A stretch of 61,336 bases of DNA, the filler included, from Rhabdomonas costata (Eukaryota): NCBI GenBank assembly GCA_019059605.1. It is 20 parts of 20 records of this genome, joined end to end, with 100 filler letters (N's around TTAATTAATTAA, not from the genome) between each part and the next. Parts side by side here need not be neighbours in the genome. Positions count along the whole stretch, not along the records: positions 24,592 to 27,562 come from JAHMHO010001625.1; positions 27,663 to 30,640 come from JAHMHO010001626.1; positions 30,741 to 33,712 come from JAHMHO010001627.1; positions 33,813 to 36,785 come from JAHMHO010001628.1; 16 more parts are not named here. One strand, 5' to 3'. Both the position numbers and the translations under genes were made by a program. Each line of letters opens with the position of its first letter. The stretch's first letter is position 1. A model generated the notes under the pieces. That model made no database searches. It was not told the origin of the DNA and saw only the letters and a list, made by a program, of their open reading frames with translations. Positions 24,993 through 36,658 of this stretch are shown in pieces.

Positions 24993-26692
24993 GAGCATCC
25001 ACCACATCCTGAGAGGCCGCACGGTGCTGGCTGGGCTCTTCCCCGTCACGCTGCGGCGGGTGGGGCCAGCCGGGGCGGAGCCCCCTGTGCGCACCCTCCC
25101 CACGGACTGGAGCAGCCCCCCACGGGAGTGGCGTGAGGTCGGGAACCCCGAGGCCGCCGTGGACACGTCCCGGCAGTCCCTCGAGAACGTCCAGGTCCCT
25201 CGTGATGTGTGTGTGTTGTTGTGTATCGTGCTTTCTTTGCCTTTCCTCAGACAGCAGTCTTATGCGTGAGTGTTTGGTTATTTGAACGTCAGTTTGTCGC
25301 TGACTTAACCTTCTCCGTCCGTTCTTTTCTTGCTCTTACGTTTTCTGATACTCTGCCATGGGAGAAGGGGTGGGTGCCCTTCTGCGGACTGTTCTGTGGT
25401 ACCCTCACATTGTCTTCTTTCCTGTCCTTGCTCAACCAATCTCAAGCGAAAAGCATGAGCAGAACTTTCTAAAAGCCTTGCCTGTACAGAAATATTCACA
25501 ATATGCGGATTTCCTTTCCAGCTGCACATGGTGCGCGTACAACTCACCGCGGTCGATTGCAGGTGGGAGATTGTTTTCAAACCCTCCTGGCGGTGACCCA
25601 TCTCACTCGGGGGCTTTCCAAAGGCTCCACAATGAGCTCTGATTTTTTCTCCCTAGGTTTGGCCTTCGACCTCAGGGCAGCATCGGAAGAGGCTGGTTGA
25701 CCTCTGTGCTGTGCTACGGAGCAAGAACGCCGGTTTGTTTGTGGAGTGCGGGTGGCTTCGGGAGTTTAGAATTTAGAACTTAAGAACTTTTAAGGTCTAT
25801 TGCGTTGGACGAAGGCTGGACACAAAGACACTGGGTGCTTCTCAGCGATGGCGATACGATGCTCTCCGAGGCAATACCGAAGAACGTTTTTAAGATCATT
25901 CTCACCCCACTTTGGTGGTGGTTTGTCAGGGATCAACGAGCTGACCTATGACTTTCTGTTTGACTCCCGGCCGTGGTACGAAGCAGTGAAGCACAGCGGG
26001 CTGCTGGCCTCTGCTGAGGTGGCCCGCCTCCTGGGCATTGCCCCGGCTCGAGTGCTGGGATGCTATTTTACTGACGTCATTCCAGCAATCAAGGCGCGCA
26101 CCCCCCCCCCTCTTCCTGTTCGCCCCGGGGCCAGAGCCTCTGAGCATCCCTCGCATTCCTTGTTTCTTGAATTGTAGAACTGAGTTTTCGAGTTTTTCCT
26201 CGTGAGCGCTGTTTGGCATTGGAATGGCTCGTTTACCCCTGAATGCCGCACAATTGAAGTTTTGATGGGATTGATGTAATACCTTAATGCTAGGCTCCTA
26301 TTCCTATTCCTATTCCTATTCATACTAAAGTGAGTGCTTTGACCTCAACGAAAAATCGGTCGCGGCACTGCGGCACAGGCATATGCGTAATGGCATCCGC
26401 AATGCTACGAAGCGAATGGTGTTCTTCATTTATTTTCTTGTTTTTCGCTAGTTGGTGGTCATTTTAGAAAACACATTTTTAGAAAACATGTCTCGCCCTA
26501 AAGTGCAGCGGACAATATCTTTGAAAGAGCAGAATCACTTGTCTTTGACGACTTTTGAGTGCTTCCTTTGCTGTGGCTCAGATCACGGTGGACCGCGAGC
26601 CCTTTGCCGGTGACCACGGGGACCGGGACGTTTTTGGGGCACAGCAGTACAGCAGGCTGCTTGGGCTGGAGATTCCAGTTGACGGTGCCTAA
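24993..26692 (+). CDS. DUF4387-domain protein (probable AtuA-like DUF1446 + DUF4387 fusion), 3' exons 24993-25194, 25657-25732, 25930-26093, 26582-26692
   Basis: The spliced C-terminus RLVDLCAVLRSKNAG|INELTYDFLFDSRPWYEAVKHSGLL...DVIPAIK|ITVDREPFAGDHGDRDVFGAQQYSRLL matches the DUF4387 pattern (RSKNAG..ELT.D; AIK.T; GD.D..GAQQ). Confidence 0.85.
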
Positions 26693-26984
26693 GCCAACAC
26701 TTTGTCATGGATGGCTCCGGTGTGGGGCAGAGACCCCAAAACGGCCCCACGGTGACCCCGGCTTCCGACTGATCCCACGATCCACGCAATGGAACGCAAT
26801 GGAAGTGCAGGATTGGCTGTGGGGTAGACGTGGGATTCAGTCCTGGCCTTCCAAAGGCACAGTCGATACCGATTTTGATCGCACGTTTTGATGAATTTGC
26901 TCTCCTAGACGCGGGGGTCGTGTGCATGGCTTCGGCGGTTAAATGTGCACAAGTTGTTTTTGGACGACGGAGAAGAAGAGAAAC

Positions 26985-27364
26985 ATGGGCGATGCCTTTG
27001 AAGTGGAGAACCGGTGCGAGCGTACTCATGCGATGAGGGTGCGTTTCCGGGCACTCCCTGCGCGAAGTTTCATTTGAAACTTCATTTAACAAATGGGTGC
27101 CCGCCCTATACCCCGTTCTGTTGTTAGGCTCTCCATTGCTCCCCATTTCTATCTCTGACGATGGATAGCAAACGCACTCGGGTCACCTCGTGGGCCTCTC
27201 CCAATGAGCACTTGATGTACTTCCAGAACTTCGCGTGGGGCCTGATCGACATCCAGAAGCGGTACGAGGCCTGGGTGAACTTCAAGAAGATGGTCTTGAA
27301 CGCCACCATGAGCCCGTGGTGGAGCCCACAGTACGTGCTGCTGACCTTCTTCGCCCTCCGCAAC
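26985..27364 (+). CDS. Hypothetical protein, 5' exons 26985-27038 and 27128-27364
   Basis: ATG, then an in-frame GT-AG intron, then an exon with strong GC3 bias (HLMYFQNFAWGLIDIQKRYEAWVNFKKMV...WSPQY) ending at a GTATGC donor. Confidence 0.6.
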
Positions 27365-27405
27365 GTATGCAGTCAGTCTGGTGTCAGTCATGTGCAAGGG
27401 GGAGA

Positions 27406-27554
27406 TGGAAAGAGACATTGGGTTTAATATCGAAACAGAAAAGGCCGATGCCGTCATATCGGCTAGCGTTGCCCAGGAGTGCTAGCGCATAGTTCTGGAG
27501 ATTGGGCGGCATGGGCCTTTTCTGTTTCGATATTAAACCCAATGTCTCTTTCCA
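27406..27554. repeat. Inverted repeat (48-bp arms, loop about 53 nt) running to the contig end
   Basis: 27406-27453 versus 27507-27554, with one mismatch near the loop. Confidence 0.9.
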
Positions 27555-27662
27555 CCCCCCACNNNNNNNNNNNNNNNNNNNNNNNNNNNNNNNNNNNNNN
27601 NNNNNNTTAATTAATTAANNNNNNNNNNNNNNNNNNNNNNNNNNNNNNNNNNNNNNNNNNNN

Positions 27663-29575
27663 GGTTTGGGGTACTACGGCGTCGGCGGCGAGCAGCGCGT
27701 GTAAGGTCTCGTGCATATCAAAAAGCACCGCGTCGTGGAGGCACGTCGTCATTACCGCCGCGCAGTCGCCGGGCGGGCCCGGGCGCAGCCGTAGTACTCC
27801 ACAGTCCAGGCTGGGCTGCAGCAGCGCCGCAGTGACGCTGTCGTTGCGGGCCGCCAGAGCGGCTGCGAACGGCAGGCGGGCCAAGTCCTGCACCCAAACA
27901 CACCCCTGGCAACACCTGACACACACGTCCACCCGGAGACAGCCTGTGAGCCTATTTTGTAAAGAGGAACGGGAGTGAAGGAGTGAGGGATATTATCGTA
28001 GGTCTCCCCTTGAATCTCGAGGAATGCTCGGAAGAAGGGAAGTGGGTAGAACGGCAGCAACGGAAGGAACGGAGTGGGAAAGTAGAGAAAAGAGCAAAAA
28101 CAAAAGCGTCCACGGTTGCGAAAGTAAAAGAAGAACCCGAAGAGCAGAAGAAGGCTAGTAAGAAGAGTAGTAAGTGTATCACACTGCATCAAGATAATCA
28201 ACGATGTGTCACCGAACACCGACCAAAAAACTGACGATTTTTTTTGTTTTCATAGTTTTTCTTTTAATTTTTTCTGACTTGGAACAGAGAGAAAAAAGTG
28301 GAAAAATGGACCCAGGCTTACTTATGAGCGGAATTCTGTTACAATCCTTGCAAAATGCACCCATGGACAGCTACGCACTCGGGCATACCATCAATCTCGA
28401 AAAAGGTGAGCAAGAGAGTAAAAAGAAATAAAAAAGCGAAAAGACAAAAAAAAAGGCATAGCTTGCACACCTCCTCAGCCTGCACCACCACAAGGGCGGT
28501 GCAATCGTAGAAACATCGGTACTGGCCAATGCACCCGGTCTCTTCCCACTTCACCTCAAACTCGCAGCTGTTATTTTTAACGTCTCGCAGGACTCGCCCC
28601 CTCTTCCCGGCGCCACCATCGCTGTCACTTGTTCCCCAGTGCGGGCCTCGAGCGACCAGGTCGTTGACCTTCACCTAAAACCCGTACACACAAAAAAAAG
28701 AAGCATAAAATATAGGCCCCACCCCATTGCAAAACTGTCTTATTCCCTACACCAGTGTTCGACTGAAAACGCTGGTAAAGAATGCAAACGTAAAATAATG
28801 AGAAGAATCCAGGATGGCCTGTTCGCCGATATGACGGGATAGGAATAGGAGGGAATGTGCGCTGAGCAGTGCAGATGTGTTGGAGCACAGCTCTCCCCAT
28901 TCCATTCCACGCCTAACATTTCCCCAACTGCACGGAACACTCCACTTAATTTAATTATTTCAGATATAGAAAAAACCCGCCGTTTCTAACCTCTCTGCCA
29001 TCGCATAGGTCGCTCACAATACTTGCTGAACGAACCAAGGGGGAAAAGGTGCCCCTTAACAACATTTTAGCCTGAGTAACATGGAAACGTTTAAAACTAT
29101 CGTACGCATCCATACCAGCCTAGCGGCATTTTTGAGCGTTCCCAGGACTTCAATTGGAAACTCATAACAAGCTGAATTCTTAGTTTTGGGATGTAACTTA
29201 CCAGGCAAAATACAGGCAGGAGGAAAATAAGGGAAATTGGAGTTTCGCACATACAGCAAAAGCAGGCGCGTGGGCGAGGTAGAAGGATACCACGTTGAAG
29301 GAACACCAAGAAAACCCGGTGGTGAGCTTGGTCACCAGCCCACGCACGCATGCACACACACACACCTTCATGGCGTTTACCGCGGCCCCGGCCTGAAGAA
29401 GGACCTGCACGAGCCCCACGGGGGTCTCCTTCCTGCCCGAGGCGATGAAGAGAGCAGTTCGGAACTGTATGTCCTGGAAAAAATGACACAATACGATGGA
29501 GAAAAACGATAAAGACAGATAAAGACAAACAATAAAGTGAAGGGGAAGGCTGTGTACCTCGTCCCATCTGCTCAT
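27663..29575 (-). CDS. Ankyrin-repeat + MIB/HERC2-domain protein, partial (exons about 29575-29558, 29473-29366, 28674-28471, 27887-27663)
   Basis: RTALFIASG...LVQVLLQAGAAVNA (ankyrin); LVARGPHWGTSDSDGGAGKRGRV...VKWEETG..GQYR (MIB/HERC2); TCLHDAV...LLAADA (ankyrin-like). Confidence 0.7.
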
Positions 29576-31027
29576 AGGCGTCCCGAATTTAACAGAAAGA
29601 AAAACTAAAGAGCTCCTGCGGCGCCAGAGCCGAGAAATAGTCGCTACGGTTGCGGTGAGCTACCAGAAGTTATCGTTTGTCAAACACAGCGCCCTTGCCC
29701 TTTTCTCAATTGCGGAGTTTCCTAGGTTATCCCCTTCCCGCACCTTCCTTGTGAATTCTTGCGACAAAAAGCAGACGCCGGGGCCCATTCACATACGCAT
29801 ACGTCAACTTCCACACCCACACAAAAACCCACACCCACGAGGATTTCAGCCCCAATCGCCGCAGCTCCACCCATACCAAGCAGCCCGTTGCCCTGAGTGG
29901 GGCTTCATTCCACAGTCGATTTTGAAACACACACACACACACACACACACATGTTAAGACCATATCTACAGGGCAAAGCCCAAGCAGGGGGGGGGGGTTC
30001 TTTGCAAGCCAATAAAGTATACAACAGAAGTTTCACAAAAGGAGCTCGATCCACACGATACGCGATTGCCCTGATGCCGACCCGAGCTTTCTCTACGTCT
30101 GGGGAAGCGTGACGACAGAAGTAAAAAAGGCACAACAAATCATAGGGAGAACGCGAAAGCCGGCGCCGCCAAAACTGCAGAAGAATTCCTTCGAAAGGAA
30201 GAAAGGGAGAAGAGAAGGTAAGAGGTGCGTTACGGATCGGGGGACGGGGACGAGGAAAACGCGAAGGCACAGGACATGCAGGTGATGTGCAACGAACCAC
30301 CCACACCACACCACATTCATTGAGGAACCTATATCGTGACTAAAAGTGCTCTAGCCGATAAAACCGAAAACCAGTCAACCACAACTCCAGGGAGGCAACA
30401 GGCAACTGCCATAATCAACGGTTACTCCGCGGGACAAACGGGAGGGAGGTTTTCGGTTCCAATTAGGACGGTTTGTATCCTCACCCTTCATTAGAAAACA
30501 AAGCAGCCATACGAATTGCAGGTCACAGTTGAGAGGAATTCACCGTTTCCATTTCCACATTCTCCGTTTTTCCATCTTTCCGGATCAGATCAGAAACGTT
30601 CCGAGACCTGCCATTCCTGACATCCAAAGCACAAAACCCCNNNNNNNNNNNNNNNNNNNNNNNNNNNNNNNNNNNNNNNNNNNNTTAATTAATTAANNNN
30701 NNNNNNNNNNNNNNNNNNNNNNNNNNNNNNNNNNNNNNNNTTTTGGGGGGAAAGCATACAGTGCAACTTGCAACTTGCAAATGCGGAGAACAGCAAGGTG
30801 ACGAAAAGCCACCCAAGCCAAGTGCAAAATCTGACACCTGCCAGGAAACCCGTGCTCCAGCTTTCGAAAGCCCACACAACACGAAGAGCTTTCGAAGAAG
30901 TTCTGGCGTCGCCCGTCTCGTTAAAAGGGCAAGCTCGGATGCTCCGGTGCCGTCCGGAACGGTACGAGAGCGGCGGTTGTTTGCATACTGCGATGGAGTG
31001 AAGGCCCGTGGTTTCTGTCCGTCAAGT

Positions 31028-33073
31028 CTAATCATTGAAGGGGTCCATCGAAGCAAAGGCGGAAGTGAAGTCGATAGCAGCAACTCCGTGCGTCTTGGTA
31101 ACCTCGGCCTGGTAGCCGGTGCACAACATGCTCAGCTTGGGAAGATAAGGAGATGCCGCCAAGGCCTGCCACCCAGACACTCCAATATTGTTGTTGGTGA
31201 AGAACAATGTGGTGAGGTTGGGAAAGTTAGCGGAGCCCGAGAGGGCTTGAACTCCACGATCTCCAAACTTGTTGCTCGCGAGATCCAAAAACGTGAGGCT
31301 GGTAAGCACAGTTGAGAGCGCAAGAGCTTCCACACCCGCGTCACCGATCTGGTTCCGGCTGAAATTCAAAAACGTGAGGCTCGGAAGGTGGAACGAGTTA
31401 GCAAGCCCCTGAATGCCCAGGTCTCCAACCTGGTTGTCCTCAGCTTCTAGGCGAGTGAGGCAGGAAAAGTTCTGCGACTGTGCGAAGGTTTCCATTCCAG
31501 CATCACCCACCCCGTTCGACAGGATATGTAGGGAGGCTAATCTGGGAAACGTTGAGGAAAGAGCCAGCGCTTGCATTCCAGCGGCCCCAAGTTGGCTGCA
31601 TTCCAGGTTCAGCGTCGTGAGTTCGGAGAAGGTGGTGGAAGACGTCAGTGCGCGAATGCCATCGACCCCCACAAAACATCCTCGGAGGTTCAAGGAAGTC
31701 AGCTGAGGAAAGTGTGAGTAGGCGAGTGCCCGCAGTCCCAGATCACCGATCTGGTTGTAGCTGAGTTCCAAGGTGCGGAGAGCAGTATAGTTAGCGGAGG
31801 TCAACAGTTCCTGCCATCCATCAGGTCCCGCTTGGACTTGACTAACATTCAAGGACACTAAAGACGAAAAATGAGACGATCTGGCAAGCGCTTGGAGTCC
31901 CGAGACCCCGATCGGGTTCTCACTGAGGTTCAGAGAGGTGAGCCGGGGAAAATTCGAGGACTCCGCAAATGCCTGCATTCCGGGTGGGCCGATCTCGTTC
32001 CTATGAATGTGCAAGTGGGCCAAACACGGGAAGGGCGCCGAAGAGACAAGTGCCTGTATGCCAGAGTCGCGGAAGAAGTTGCCACCGAAATTTAGCGCGG
32101 TGAGACGGGAAAAGTTCCGCGAATCGACGAAGGCCTGCACTCCCGAATGTCCGATCTGGTTGTCGCTTGCATTCAAGAAGGTGAGTCTGGGAAAATAAGT
32201 GGAGGATGCAAGTGTTTGAATTCCTTCAAGCCCAATCGGACTACTACTATTGCTGTGAACTTTCAAGGAGGTAAGCTTGGGAAAGCGCGGTGAAGTTGCA
32301 AGTGCGCGCATTCCCTGAGGACCAATATTGTTGGACTTTAGATCCAGCGAGAGAAGGTCGGAGAAGTTAGCGCTGGCAGCGAATGCCTCCACACCTGGAG
32401 ACCCGACTGAGTTGCCACCCAAGTTTAGGAAGGCCAGCTTGGGCAGGTGGGATGAAGCCGAAAGCGCTTGCAACCCAGAACTTCCGATATTGTTGAAAGC
32501 TGCATCGAAGGAAGTGAGGCTAGGAAACCGCCCTGAAGAGAAAGCTTGCATCCCGGCATCCCCAATCATAGCAAAACTGACTATCAGATGGACCAGGTTG
32601 GAAGAGAAGGGTGAACTAGCAATGGCTGCGAGACCGGGGTCACCGATCTCGTTGTTTTGGACATCTAAGTAGGTAAGGCGGGCAAACGAAAGTGAACTCG
32701 TCAGTGGTTCTAATCCGGGGACCGGGCGAGGTCTCACGCGCGTGCGGCAGCCAACACGCAAGGATGTCAATGGAAGACGCCAAGCCGGATTTGCAAGAGC
32801 AGATAGAATGGCGCCGGAGAGCTGAAGGTCCTCAATCCAAAGTTCCCTTGAGGACCGCAAAACTCGGATGGGAAGATGAGCTACACTGCGGTGGTGTGGA
32901 AAGACCGAGCAGCGGAACGAAAGTTTCCACTCCGGAGCGATGCACGTGTCCACCAGCTTTTGGAAGTTGCTGCAGGCCAGGCGTAGCTGAACCTGCTCCG
33001 GAGTACTCAGAAACCAGAAAGTTATAACCCAAGTGTTTTCTGGAAGGTCAACTATTGTCAAAGGACCAGGCAT
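31028..33073 (-). CDS. F-box / leucine-rich repeat protein (RI-like LRRs), intronless; paralogue of 3799-5517
   Basis: DLPENTWVITFWFLS...LRLACSNFQKLVD is F-box-like. About 18 repeats of FPxLTxLxxxxNxIGxxGxxALAxSxx follow. Confidence 0.9.
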   Translation of the reverse strand: MPGPLTIVDLPENTWVITFWFLSTPEQVQLRLACSNFQKLVDTCIAPEWKLSFRCSVFPHHRSVAHLPIRVLRSSRELWIEDLQLSGAILSALANPAWRLPLTSLRVGCRTRVRPRPVPGLEPLTSSLSFARLTYLDVQNNEIGDPGLAAIASSPFSSNLVHLIVSFAMIGDAGMQAFSSGRFPSLTSFDAAFNNIGSSGLQALSASSHLPKLAFLNLGGNSVGSPGVEAFAASANFSDLLSLDLKSNNIGPQGMRALATSPRFPKLTSLKVHSNSSSPIGLEGIQTLASSTYFPRLTFLNASDNQIGHSGVQAFVDSRNFSRLTALNFGGNFFRDSGIQALVSSAPFPCLAHLHIHRNEIGPPGMQAFAESSNFPRLTSLNLSENPIGVSGLQALARSSHFSSLVSLNVSQVQAGPDGWQELLTSANYTALRTLELSYNQIGDLGLRALAYSHFPQLTSLNLRGCFVGVDGIRALTSSTTFSELTTLNLECSQLGAAGMQALALSSTFPRLASLHILSNGVGDAGMETFAQSQNFSCLTRLEAEDNQVGDLGIQGLANSFHLPSLTFLNFSRNQIGDAGVEALALSTVLTSLTFLDLASNKFGDRGVQALSGSANFPNLTTLFFTNNNIGVSGWQALAASPYLPKLSMLCTGYQAEVTKTHGVAAIDFTSAFASMDPFND

Positions 33074-33812
33074 GCGGATGGTTTTTCAGGGTGTTTTCTT
33101 TCCTCACAAGTTGAAGAAAAAGTGCGAGACCTTCAGCAAGGCGCACGACCGAAAAAACAAAAAAAACTGTAATACAAAGGTTAAAGACAAAGTTGCTCAG
33201 CGAGTAACGTCAATTCGCATTTCAAAATGAATATAAATCGCAACACCTGAAATCCTAATTTCTCCTCTGCGCAAACGTCAAAAAATGAATTTACGGCACC
33301 TTATGCGTCTGACATAGAATCAACACGTACTTCTGTGAGTCGCCGAGAGGTCCATTGATTCCATACCTTTGCAACAAAGTGCGATTTCCTCTACTTCCCC
33401 TGTATTTGGCCGCAAAATTTCCATATTGCTGGTAGACTTTTTTTTGTAACTGTGCCGCACGGCGGAAGTACTACGATGATGACTTACGGTTCTATTGATT
33501 CCAGCAAACAACTTTTCGGTATTTCTCCGGATTGGAGACCAAAGTCCCAAGGCAAAAACGTGTCCATATCCAAAACATAAATATGAATAATAAACATGAA
33601 TAAGGCCCAATAATAAAGGCCCGACAAAGAACCCCTGGAAAGACTCCCGGATGCAGCCGACACAAAAATGCACTAGAAACACTCCCACAAGGCAAGAACG
33701 GAAACAAACACANNNNNNNNNNNNNNNNNNNNNNNNNNNNNNNNNNNNNNNNNNNNTTAATTAATTAANNNNNNNNNNNNNNNNNNNNNNNNNNNNNNNN
33801 NNNNNNNNNNNN

Positions 33813-33939
33813 AATGAGTGAAATCACTTTGTTCGATGACAAGGAACTTCCAGATAACAGGTATGGTGAAGTTCGCACAAGCATTAATGGGCTCCCTCGT
33901 GTGGGGATCTGGCCCCACCAGAGCATCCCAAAAGAAAAC
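33813..33939 (+). repeat. 127-bp exact terminal direct repeat (left); identical to 36659-36785
   Basis: aatgagtgaaatcactttg...cccaaaagaaaac occupies the very first and very last 127 bases of the contig. Confidence 0.97.
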
Positions 33940-34091
33940 GATCACAAAAACACATAAACAACACATATCCTCTGCAAAGGTCCGCAAAGACAGAGGGGCA
34001 CTCCACAGCGTATGTACAGTGCTCGGGAGAAAAGCGAGCTTAAATACAGTTCTCGTCCCGTTAGCCTTGGAGAATCAGCGCCAGGTCCTCA

Positions 34092-36071
34092 CTACTTCTT
34101 CGAGGTTTCGACTGGGATCGGCGTGAGCAGCGGGAAGTTCGGTGTGAATGTGTCGAGAAACGACAGCAGCCGCGGGAACGCCGCCTTATCTCCCACAACT
34201 GTCAGGGAACCACTGGCGATCGCCTCGTCCGGAGATTTTGCACCGCTTCCAACGGCTTTGAAAGAATCTCCCTTGAAGGTGAGGGTGGCGACAGCCTCCT
34301 TGCTCTGCGTTTTCGCCCTGTGATTCAGCGTCCCGTTCTCCAGCGTCACGACGATGGTCTCTGAGGTGTCCGGAAAGACCAAGTTGAGCACCATGTATGT
34401 GTCGCCGGCCTTGTTTGTGTTTAGACGAATGCCGAGGTAGTCGAGGAACATCTCATTGGTAATAGCTCGGATCATGTCCGGGTGGGTCGATTGCGAAACC
34501 TTCGGCTTTTGCACCCCCAGGCGAAGCTCCTGCGCCCCGCAAAGATAGAAATTACGCCATGGACCGGACTCTGCCTGGAATCCCATTTGCTCTAGGGCGT
34601 CCGCCTCGAGCTCGCGGGCAGCTGTGTTTGATGGGTCAGCAAAAACGACGCGATTCATGACCTCCGCAACCCATCGGTACTCCCCTTTGGCAAAATCTTC
34701 CCTGGCCTTTTGAAGAACAGCCTCTGCGCCCCCCATGTAAGACACGTACTTCTTCGCCGCCTTGACTGGGGGCAGCAGGTGCAGTAGCGCAGGATTGCCA
34801 TCAAACCAGCCCAGATATAGAACATAGGTTGCCTTTACGTTGTGGTACAGGGTGCCATAGTACCCACGGAGCGCCCAGCACTTTTGAAGCTTTTCAGGAA
34901 AGGCCAGCATGTTGGCAATGTCATCCGGGCCGTACCCAGAGTTAGCCAAGCGAAGAGTTTGGTCATTAATAAAGCGGTACGCGTCTCGTCCAATGCTAAG
35001 CATTTGCGTAACTCGAGAATTTCCGAAGACTGGCCAATGGTGCATCCCGTACATCACTTCGGACTGTGCACCCCAGCGTGCCAGGGTGTCGTCCAAGCAC
35101 TTCGACCATGCCAAGGGATCGCGGATTTTCGCCCCACGAAGAGTATATGTGTTGTGCAGGGTGTGGACGCAGTTCTCGGCCGCCGTCACCGCCTTCAGCT
35201 CCTTGATGTACCAGTGCATCTCCGCGGGACCCTCAGTGCCGGGCGCAAGCAGGAACTCAAAGTGAAGCCCATCAAGCACCAAGGTCTGGCCGTTTTCGCT
35301 GATGAGCAGTGTGGGAGCTATCAAGGTTATCGCCCCATCCGAGCAGGTCAGACCAAGACCGGTCCCGATGTTCTGAGTAGCTGATGGCTCCAGAACGTTT
35401 CCGTACATGAAATCCGCCCTTCGACCCATGATCGTGCCGGCGTAGAGATTCTCAGATGCAGCGGCTTCCATGAACCCGACAGGGGCAACCACCTGGATCT
35501 TCCCTGACTTCACATCAGCCTCATCGATAACTCCCCGCACACCTCCGTAATGGTCCACATGGCTGTGGGAATAGATAACTGCCTTCACAGGCTTCTGCGG
35601 ACGGTGGGCGAGATACAACTCCAAGGAAGCCTTCGCAGTCTCCGCAGAGATCAGCGGGTCCACAACAATAATCCCGGTGTCTCCTTCGATGATGGTCATG
35701 TTGGAAAGGTCAGCATTGCGGACCTGATACAAGCGTTCGGTCACCTTGAACAACCCGCCTTTCATCACAAGGCAGGACTCGCGCCACAAGCTGGGGTTCA
35801 CGGTGTCCGGGGCCGGCTTGTCCGGGTCGATGAACGCGAATTTGGTTAGATCCCAAACCACTTTTCCAGTGGAATCCTTTATCACACCGTTGTTCGGCAA
35901 TGATGCGATGTGTCCACGACTGGCATCTTCGAAGTCCTGCTTATCACTGAAGTCGAGCTGAGTCTTCAATGCAGAATTGGCGGCCAAGGTAGCTGCAGAA
36001 GCTTTTCCTGGGCAGCATTGGGGTGCAATTTCTCTTGATTTCGTGGAACCTTTCCGGCAGGAAGCGAACAT
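34092..36071 (-). CDS. Alkyl/aryl-sulfatase, SdsA1/YjcS/BDS1 family (metallo-beta-lactamase fold + dimerisation + SCP2-like domain), intronless
   Basis: Motifs DFSDKQDFEDASRG, PDTVNPSLWR, GLFKVTERLYQVR..DLSNMT, IYSHSHVDHYGG, HNTYTLRGAKIRD, GMHHWP, RGYYGT, YLGWFDGNP and AESGPWRNFYL. Probable start is MFASC at 36071. Confidence 0.96.
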   Translation of the reverse strand: MFASCRKGSTKSREIAPQCCPGKASAATLAANSALKTQLDFSDKQDFEDASRGHIASLPNNGVIKDSTGKVVWDLTKFAFIDPDKPAPDTVNPSLWRESCLVMKGGLFKVTERLYQVRNADLSNMTIIEGDTGIIVVDPLISAETAKASLELYLAHRPQKPVKAVIYSHSHVDHYGGVRGVIDEADVKSGKIQVVAPVGFMEAAASENLYAGTIMGRRADFMYGNVLEPSATQNIGTGLGLTCSDGAITLIAPTLLISENGQTLVLDGLHFEFLLAPGTEGPAEMHWYIKELKAVTAAENCVHTLHNTYTLRGAKIRDPLAWSKCLDDTLARWGAQSEVMYGMHHWPVFGNSRVTQMLSIGRDAYRFINDQTLRLANSGYGPDDIANMLAFPEKLQKCWALRGYYGTLYHNVKATYVLYLGWFDGNPALLHLLPPVKAAKKYVSYMGGAEAVLQKAREDFAKGEYRWVAEVMNRVVFADPSNTAARELEADALEQMGFQAESGPWRNFYLCGAQELRLGVQKPKVSQSTHPDMIRAITNEMFLDYLGIRLNTNKAGDTYMVLNLVFPDTSETIVVTLENGTLNHRAKTQSKEAVATLTFKGDSFKAVGSGAKSPDEAIASGSLTVVGDKAAFPRLLSFLDTFTPNFPLLTPIPVETSKK

Positions 36072-36658
36072 TTGCAGGACTTTCCGCAGATAACACAAAA
36101 CTGGCAAAGAAAAAAAATACGCTTCATGAACAGCTCAGTGCATCATGAACAGCCCAGTGCGGTTCGAAAAGAAGGACGTTGCACGCAAATGTTGCAAAAT
36201 AACATAACACAACTTTTCTCATGCTATTTAAGCAACTTCTTACAAAAGCTGGCAGCACGCAGGTTTCCTAAGGTGCCGCAAATTCCGTTGAGCTGAAAAA
36301 ATCTGCCATAACAATGCAGACGAAACCGGCTGCCAAATCCTTCGGCCCCCATCCGATAAGCGGTCGCTTCCTCATAAAACAGGGAGTCAGAAATCACACA
36401 ACAACATAACGTCTGAAAGAAAAACTGAGGTGAGAAATACTTCAGCTAACATGCAACGAAAACTTGTTACGGATCAAGGTGAAGAGCAACATAATGCACA
36501 GGCAAACTCACAAGGAGCACAGCATTGTCGCTTGAAAGTAAACAAGCGACAACAGATAGAGAAGTTGAAGTGCTTCCTCAGTGGCAAAGCACCAAAAAGC
36601 AGACCTACAAAAGACATGCATAGCTGTGAATATGCAGACAATACAAGAAGAAATGAGA

